A DNA stretch of 11,088 bases from an uncultured archaeon (GTDB lineage Archaea > Iainarchaeota > Iainarchaeia > Iainarchaeales > 0-14-0-20-30-16): positions 1 through 11,088 of the forward strand of contig CAZMGA010000019.1 in the NCBI GenBank assembly GCA_964565725.1. Direction: 5' to 3'. Position 1 is the first letter of the stretch, and every line of letters starts with the position of its first letter. The notes beneath the pieces were generated by a model, which saw nothing but the letters and a program-made list of their open reading frames with translations, did not search any database and was not told the DNA's origin. A program made the translations under genes and the position numbers. This document shows positions 1 through 7,600 of the stretch, one piece after another.

Positions 1-1
1 G

Positions 2-124
2 AAAAAGGATAAAAAAGATGAAAAGAAAAAAGATAATTTAAATTTGGATTTAGATTTAGATTCAGGATCAAATCAAAATGAAACTACAGATGATGATTTT
101 GAATTAAATTTGGACTTAAAATAA
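2..124 (+). CDS. C-terminal end of an unidentified protein (5' end outside window); acidic/lysine-rich low-complexity tail
   Basis: Open plus-strand frame from position 2: KKDKKDEKKKDNLNLDLDLDSGSNQNETTDDDFELNLDLK followed by TAA at 122-124. Too short for the supplied ORF track, but it runs off the window edge. Confidence 0.5.
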   Translation, partial: KKDKKDEKKKDNLNLDLDLDSGSNQNETTDDDFELNLDLK

Positions 125-1660
125 TTAAACTAAATATGAATTTACCGCATTCGAATAAATAGTATATGACTCGGGGTTATGAACATTTTGATTAGTATAA
201 GAACCATTAAAAACAGTATTTAATATATTATCATACACATCAATATATTCATCAATTAAATTACCTTTTTGAGATTTAACCCAATCATTTATTGCTTTTC
301 TAGTAGATATATTTTTGCCAGGAGTTATAGACAAAGCAATAACTTTTGTATTATTTTTTTTTGCTAAATTATATATTGCTGTTAAATTTTTTTTAACGCC
401 AGATATATTTATAGAAGTTGATCCAATATCATTTGCACCACCCATAACAAAAATATAATCATATTTTTTTCCTGAATTATATTCAGCAGTTAATTTATCT
501 AACATCCATTTAGTGCTTTTTCCAGATTCTGCAATTTTAGTAATTTCGTATTTAGATTTATCATAAATATTATTTAATTTAGGGTAATAACCAACAGTGA
601 TAGAATCTCCTAATAAAAGTATTTTAGTTTTTTCATTAGTCGTTTTTACTGTTTTTGTTTTATTTAAGAAAAAAAAATCATATATAGAATTATAAAATTT
701 AGGCCAATTAAAATTACTAGAACTAGAAGATGATTTTTTCCACACATTGTAATCATTATTAGAAATTTCTGCTAATCTTGTTTCATTATTTATATTAAAT
801 TCAATATATTTAGAATCTAAAGATGCTTCACAAAATAATTTATCCCAACCATCTACTTCAATATAAACAAAAAAATCATTTACTTTATTTATTTTATAAC
901 TGGAAGAAGTATCCCCAACTCTTTCATTATATTTTTTATTTAAAATGATTTTATCATCATATTCAGAAGGTTTAAGTAAATAAGTTTTACATTGAGTTGT
1001 AGTACCTATTGTACCTTTAATATATGTAGAATAGTTATCTAAATCATCTAATTTAATTAAATCCTCATCAGTAATTTTCAAAATTTTTCCTTGTGAAAAA
1101 CCAGTTTGACAAACAGCTTTACCATATTCATTAACAATTACTATTTTTCTGTCATCTTCAGAAATATTAGCTTTATAGGGTTTTACAGATTGATTATACC
1201 CATATGTTCCTTTAAAATTAAAACCTGATAAATCATTATTAATATTACATTCTTGAATATTTAGAGGATCAAATCTATAAATATAAAATCCTTCTTTATT
1301 ACTTTGTGTTTCAAATTTTATACATCTATAATGTATTTCTAAATTATTTTTAATTTTAAAACACATATAATTATTATTTAATTTATTAGATTGACTTGCA
1401 CTACAAACTTCATTATTAGAATTCCAAGGATAAATTACAGTATAATTATTATTAGTATTATTTATTTTATACAAAACATATGGCGGACCAACATTTTCAT
1501 TAAAATTTTTAAAATTTTTAAATTCTCTAGTAACTATAAAGTCAGATATATCTAAATCATTTCTATAATTACAGTCCCAAATATCTAAAGAGAATACAAA
1601 AGAAAATGACAATATTGTTAACAAAACTAAAAAAATATAATTTAATTTATTAAAACTCAT
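125..1660 (-). CDS. Secreted protein with N-terminal signal peptide and C-terminal SGNH/GDSL-type hydrolase domain
   Basis: Track ORF 125..1669 begins at TTG; an in-frame ATG at 1660 gives MSFNKLNYIFLVLLTILSFSFVFS, a convincing signal peptide. C-terminal block I KILLLGDSITVGY, block III YDYIFVMGGANDIG, and candidate catalytic His in NVHNPESY. About 325 residues between them are unassigned and include a poly-Ser linker (KKSSSSSSNF). Confidence 0.85.
   Translation of the reverse strand: MSFNKLNYIFLVLLTILSFSFVFSLDIWDCNYRNDLDISDFIVTREFKNFKNFNENVGPPYVLYKINNTNNNYTVIYPWNSNNEVCSASQSNKLNNNYMCFKIKNNLEIHYRCIKFETQSNKEGFYIYRFDPLNIQECNINNDLSGFNFKGTYGYNQSVKPYKANISEDDRKIVIVNEYGKAVCQTGFSQGKILKITDEDLIKLDDLDNYSTYIKGTIGTTTQCKTYLLKPSEYDDKIILNKKYNERVGDTSSSYKINKVNDFFVYIEVDGWDKLFCEASLDSKYIEFNINNETRLAEISNNDYNVWKKSSSSSSNFNWPKFYNSIYDFFFLNKTKTVKTTNEKTKILLLGDSITVGYYPKLNNIYDKSKYEITKIAESGKSTKWMLDKLTAEYNSGKKYDYIFVMGGANDIGSTSINISGVKKNLTAIYNLAKKNNTKVIALSITPGKNISTRKAINDWVKSQKGNLIDEYIDVYDNILNTVFNGSYTNQNVHNPESYTIYSNAVNSYLV
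1589..1660 (-). other. Predicted signal peptide of the SGNH-domain protein
   Basis: MSFNKLNYIFLVLLTILSFSFVFS: basic N-region, about 15 hydrophobic residues, small/polar residues before LDIWDC. Confidence 0.7.
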
Positions 1661-1665
1661 AAATA

Positions 1666-4600
1666 TCAACTTAATCCCGTAGATTTCAAATCATTATTAT
1701 ATGCTAAAATAAATGGAGAATTATTTTTTAATGTTCTATGATCACTTAAACCAATATAACCCCAATCAAAACCACTTCTAGGATCACCTTTTGCAGCTAA
1801 TTCAAAATGTGCAATAACAGCAGTATCTGAAATATCTTTTATTAATCCTCTATCTTTTATATCTTTTAATAATTTCTTTAAAGATTCATGTTGTTTTAAT
1901 GTGTAAGGATAGCCTCCAAAATTTATACAATGTCTTAAATCTATAGCTATTGAAAGAGTATTTATAAGAATATCTTTACAACTTTTATCATTTGTTTTAC
2001 AACCCGCATGATTTGCACCATAATCTTCAGAAACTAATTTAAAAATTTCTCCAGAACAACCTATATAATAATGACTTGAAGTTTTTCTTGCGTCCCAATC
2101 ATGAATACAATTATTTACCGCAACATCATCAGTATAAGTAGATTTTTCCCAACCACCATCGTGTAAAACTACAAAACCATATGCTGCTCTTTTAGTAGTG
2201 TTTTTAGCAATTCTTTTATCATCAAAATATTTAGTATTAACCTTAATATAATTAGTTTGTAAAGGCATTACAGAATCTATAGATATTAAATTTTTAGATA
2301 ATTCAGGTCCTAATTTTGTTGTTATAGGTTTAGGTAATGCAGAATAACTTAAACATTTTTCTGATTCATTATTTAAATAATTTAAATACTCAGTCCAATA
2401 CAAATCAATAGATTGATTTTTACTTTGATTTCCTTTACATTTATTAGTATCTGGTATATTTCCAGAACTATCTACACAACCAGGGCCCACAACATAAGAT
2501 TTTACTGTTAATTCTAAATCTTTTTTGTTAGTATAAATAGAATATAATAAAGAAGCTTGATACATAATAGATAGTTCTGCTTTTGTTCTAGGATCTTTGT
2601 TTAATATCCCTTTACCATCATATAATAAACCACCTTCTTTTTGATACATTTTTCCAGTGTTACAAGTTAAGTCATACAATTCATTAAAATTTTTAATATT
2701 TAATTCTTTAAAATCATCACTATTAAAATTAAATACACTTGAAAATTCAGAATATTTTCCTTTAATAATATTTTTAGTAAGATCACAAAAAGTTTCAGGC
2801 TTAAGTTGTCCCAAACCAACAGCATAACTTTGAGAAACAATCATAGGATTAAATCTAGATTCTTTATATGTTTGTGCAATTAAATTTTTTGCATCCATTT
2901 TACCATTAGTTTTTTGTTTTAATATATCTCCATATTTAATAAATAAATCTTTATAATGAGTACAACCTATAAGTGGCTGTGTTGCGTTTGTTGAATTGGA
3001 AGATGAAGTACTTGTAGGAATTGGAGCCAAAGTATTAGCCCCACTATTGTCAATTAAACCATCTGAAATATATCCTTTAGTTATATTTTCAGTATTACAA
3101 AAGTTTTGTAATATTTTGTTAGATTCTAATTCTTTAACAGTACCAATATATTTATTTTCATTATTTGGATCTACAGTTAAAATCATAGTATAATAATGAT
3201 TTCTAACAAAATTATCTGGCAATATAAATTCAATACTTTTTGCAGAATTAAAACTTTCTTTAGTCATAAGTTTAGATGTTCCTTTATATGCTAAATCTGC
3301 TAATACTCCTGCAACTGCACCTCTTAACATACCTTTTGCAAAATTCCATATTTTTGTTCTTGTCAATGTTTTTGATTCTACATCTTTAATCAAAGCTTTT
3401 AAAGCATCATCATCTATATCGTCTACAACAGTAGCTGGTGGTGTATTAGGTAAATTTTTAATTTTTAATTTTAAAACATCTCTTTCGGCTTGTATTTTTT
3501 TAATTTCAGTATCAATTTTTAAAAAATCATCATTTAATTGTTTAAGATTAGGACAAGGTGGTGTTTTTCCCATACAAGCTTTTATTTGGTTTGTTAATTG
3601 ACCTTTCTTTGGACCTAATTTTGTTGTTAATTCTTTATTTATTTCATTAATTCTTTTTACATCTGAAGGATCTGGTGTTGATGCAGTTCCTGGAGTAGTA
3701 ATTGTTTTAGGATTTCCAATTCTATCCCAAGTATCCTTATTAGTTAAATTTATTTTTTCATCTATAATTTTAATAAGATCATCCAAACTGCTTTTATATT
3801 GTTTATTATGTTTGTTTATTACTTCTGCAAATTTTGGATCTGTATTATAAAACTTTTTCAATAATTCATTTTTACTTGTTACATTATTAATTATATCTTT
3901 ATTTGCAGGATCGGATAATTTTTTAACAAACATGTCTATAAATTCATCTGCAAGTTTATTTTGTGAATAAGTGCCATTAGCTAAATTTTTTACACTTGTA
4001 TAACCTACTTCTGCACCTCTTACACCTGCATTTACTGTTGCACCTGTTGCAGCTGCCTCTAATTCATTTAAATAGGAAATATCTGTACTATCTTTTAAAG
4101 CTTTTTGAGCATCAGCAGAATCTTCATAATCTTCAAACATCCAATCAGTCAATATAAAATCATTTAATGAATCATGAACTTTATCTAAAGCATTTCTACT
4201 AGAATTTCCAGCATATACATTTAATCTATGATTTGCATAAAGTGTGGAACCTGCAAAAGATCCAACTATTACGCCACATTCAATACCTGCTTCAACCCAT
4301 AATGCAGGACTCATAGCTTTTCCTTTAAAAGCTAATTCTGCAAGCATACAAACCCCTGCAGATACTCCACTAGATACTCCTACTCTCAATCCCAAACCTT
4401 TATTTAAAGTTTCTACTACTGCTTTAGTATTATTTGCAGCACAATAATTATTAGAAACTTTACCACTAAAAGAAATATTTTTATTTTGTGCTAATTTATT
4501 TAAAACTTCACAACTGTTTATTCCTTCTTTTTCTCCTTCCCAATAAATTAAAGCTGAATAATTCTTATTACTTAAATCTGAATTTAATATACCTCCTAAA

Positions 4601-7600
4601 TAGGCTTCAGGAGATACTCCACAAGGTTTAAATTTAACAATTAATTGTTTTTCTTCACCATTTGTAGGTGTAAAAATAATTTTCAAAGGTAAGTTTTCCG
4701 AGTATGAAATTGCTTTATTAGGATCAGTAAAATTAACTCTTAAAACATATTCTTTAGTAGAAGCATTTACAAATGAAACATCATTTACTTCATTACCTAT
4801 ACTATCAATTATTTTTGCAGAATAGCCTTCCATTTGTGCAGGATAAAATGAAAATGAACCATAACCTGTTTTTGTCCCAGATATTGTAAAAGTACAATCT
4901 ATATCACCATAATCTACATTTAAAACATTACATCCTTTTAATTCATATTGTCCAGTAGTAGAATCTGATGGAGATACTACTTCAAATTCATTATTTTTTG
5001 CATTATAACAACCAGTAAAATTTCCTTGTAATGCAGATTTAATTACATTAACTAAATCCTTTTTATCTTTATCTTGTTCTAAATTGAAATTTTCATTAAT
5101 TACTACTACTACATTATTATTATCAAATTTTAATTTGATTAGATTTTTTCCAACATCCCCTTTGGTTAAAAATAAAGTATTATCTCTATCATCCAATACT
5201 CTTTCTGTACCAAATAATTCTTTTGAAACAAAATCAGATAAAGGTTTAAAAGTATATTTTGTATCATAATAGACAAATGCAGGTTTAAAACCAAAAGCAC
5301 TATCTGCTAAAATTGTAGTATCTAAAGGCAAAAATAAAGCAGCATTGTTTACAGTTCTTTTACATTCTTCTGTATTTTCCTTTTCAAATTTAACTATTAT
5401 ACTATAATTATCTGATTGTGCTATGTTATCAACCACATTAAAAAAACCATTTAATGTTACAGTATATTTTCCACAACCTTTAAAATTTGGTTCAATAAAT
5501 AATACATTATAATTTGAAGTAGATTTCATATTTTCAAAAGAATAATTATTAGGCAAAATATTTACTGTTTTTAAATTAGTTTTTATTTTTTCTAATAAAA
5601 CATTATTAAAATATTCATTACTCAAATTATCTTCCATTAAATATACTACAAATGTAGAATCTTCTACCCCTATATTTCCAAATTCACATTTTGATTCAGC
5701 ACAAGTCTTTATATCTTTAGAATTCACAGCCAATTTATTTTTATATTCTTTAACATAACCATTTACTTTTTGAGATATAAATTCAGATGCTAATTTTCCA
5801 TCACAATAAGCATTACTACAATCCATAGATTTTGCAACTTTAGGATATAACAAAGATGTATCTTCGGAAGTATCACAATCTTTAATTGTTTTTTTAGTTG
5901 TAGGTTCTTGTGAACTACTTACTGCACTATCTCCAAATTTAAATTCGTAATTTATTTTTTTAGCATATGTTTTGTTTGTAGATAAGCCTCTTGCAAAAAC
6001 ATCTATAACTGAAGAATCATCTTGTTTTTCTTTAACAGCTACAACAGATTTTATTTCTGTTCTTTGCCCTGGTGTTAAAACTAAATTATTAGAACTTAAT
6101 GTCAAAATATTTTGTGTAGATACATTTTTAACAGATGGTAAATTTAATCTAACAGATTCTGCACAATTATTTATTACTACAATGTTTGAAGTAGTAGCAT
6201 TTATATTTAATTTTGTACTTTTAAATTTTAATATATTTTGAGTACCATTAGCATAAAATTCAACACATGTTGATGAGGATATTTGTGCAAATAAAGGTAC
6301 ATACTTAACTATTTGTGAATTATCTGCAACACTTGTTCCTTTTACTACCAAAACATATTCTGCAAAAGCACTATCAAAACTTAAACCTTCAACACCAAAA
6401 GATATTATTGAATTCATTCTTTGTTGTGGCCCCAATATTTGCAAATTAGTAGGTCTTGGTAAAATTTTCATTGCTACATTAGTTTTTTTAATTTGTGTTG
6501 TTCCATCCCAATTAGTAAATGGATAATCATTACCTAAAATAAAACTATCAGGATTATAAAAATTAGAAACTGTTGAATTTCCAATATTACTTAAACCCAT
6601 AGCATTTCCACTAGTCATAGTTTGATCTATATAATTATTATATTGCTGTGCGGATATTGTAATATTTTTTAAATTAGTAGTGCCATTATTAAAAATTGAT
6701 AATACAACTGAATTTAATTGACCAGTAGTAATATTATGTAATTGACTTGGTGAAACACTAATTATTAAATCTCCAAAACTATGAACTAAATTTAAAGTAA
6801 CAGGTAATTGTTTTTGGAAATATTCTGTATTAAAATTAATAAATGCTTCTACATTTACATTTGAAGAAATTAATGATTTTAAAGAGAAAGTATATTTTAC
6901 TAATTTAGTATCTCCTTTTTTTATAGAAGTTGTTGGTATTTGTAAATCAATTATTTCTGCTAAATTTACGTTTGATCTTAAAACTAATTCTGGATTTAAA
7001 TTAGAAATGTCAACTTCACAATTATTTTGTATTTGAATTTCACCAGCCACTTTTTGATTTACTCCATCATACAAAATCAAAGGCAATTTTGAAGGGTTTA
7101 TAGCCAAACAAGATGCATCCAAATTACTATTTGCAACGTAATTTATATGAATTACTTGTCTTACTATTTCTCCACCATCTATAATACCGGTCAAAGCAAT
7201 ATCTTGATCTCCATAAGCCAAATCATTTTCATCATAACTTACATTTACTATAATTTTAGAAGTTTTACTAGACATCAAATTAGTAGTAGAAATTCTATAA
7301 TCTATATTAAAATTAGTAGCATCATCTCTCATTATTTCTAAACCAATGTTCTTTAAATTAAATTTAGAAATATTTTTAAAAGGAATTTCATAACTTCTTG
7401 TTTTCATACCAACAGGTATTTTTATTTCAATTTCTGTATCAACATCAAATACACCAGTTCTAGTAATTAAAAATTGACCACTTGTAGAATTATGTCCTGT
7501 AGCCGAAACTTTATAATTATATATTCCGGATGGTAATTCATTAATCACATATTTTCCGTTTAATCCTAAATTATTTGTATTATTACCTTCTATATATTGT

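Noticed and set aside
1666-1700. Possible TGA recoding joining the giant ORF and the SGNH ORF
   Set aside because: The SGNH ORF is in a different frame, has its own signal peptide, and reading through TGA in the original frame soon meets another TGA, so recoding or fusion is unsupported.
2996-3193. 65-aa plus-strand ORF
   Set aside because: Lies antisense within the giant CDS with no recognisable domain or clear start signal; expected by chance opposite a long ORF.
4244-4447. 67-aa plus-strand ORF
   Set aside because: Antisense shadow of the Gly/Ala-rich region; its Pro/Thr/Ala composition is explained by the complement of the coding strand.
5084-5269. 61-aa plus-strand ORF
   Set aside because: Antisense to the giant CDS, low complexity, no motif.
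5972-6241. 89-aa plus-strand ORF
   Set aside because: Antisense to the giant CDS, no recognisable domain; the opposite frame has clear beta-rich secreted-protein character.
7147-7341. 64-aa minus-strand ORF in an alternate frame
   Set aside because: Fully internal to the giant CDS, Tyr/Ile/Ser-rich from AT bias, no motif.
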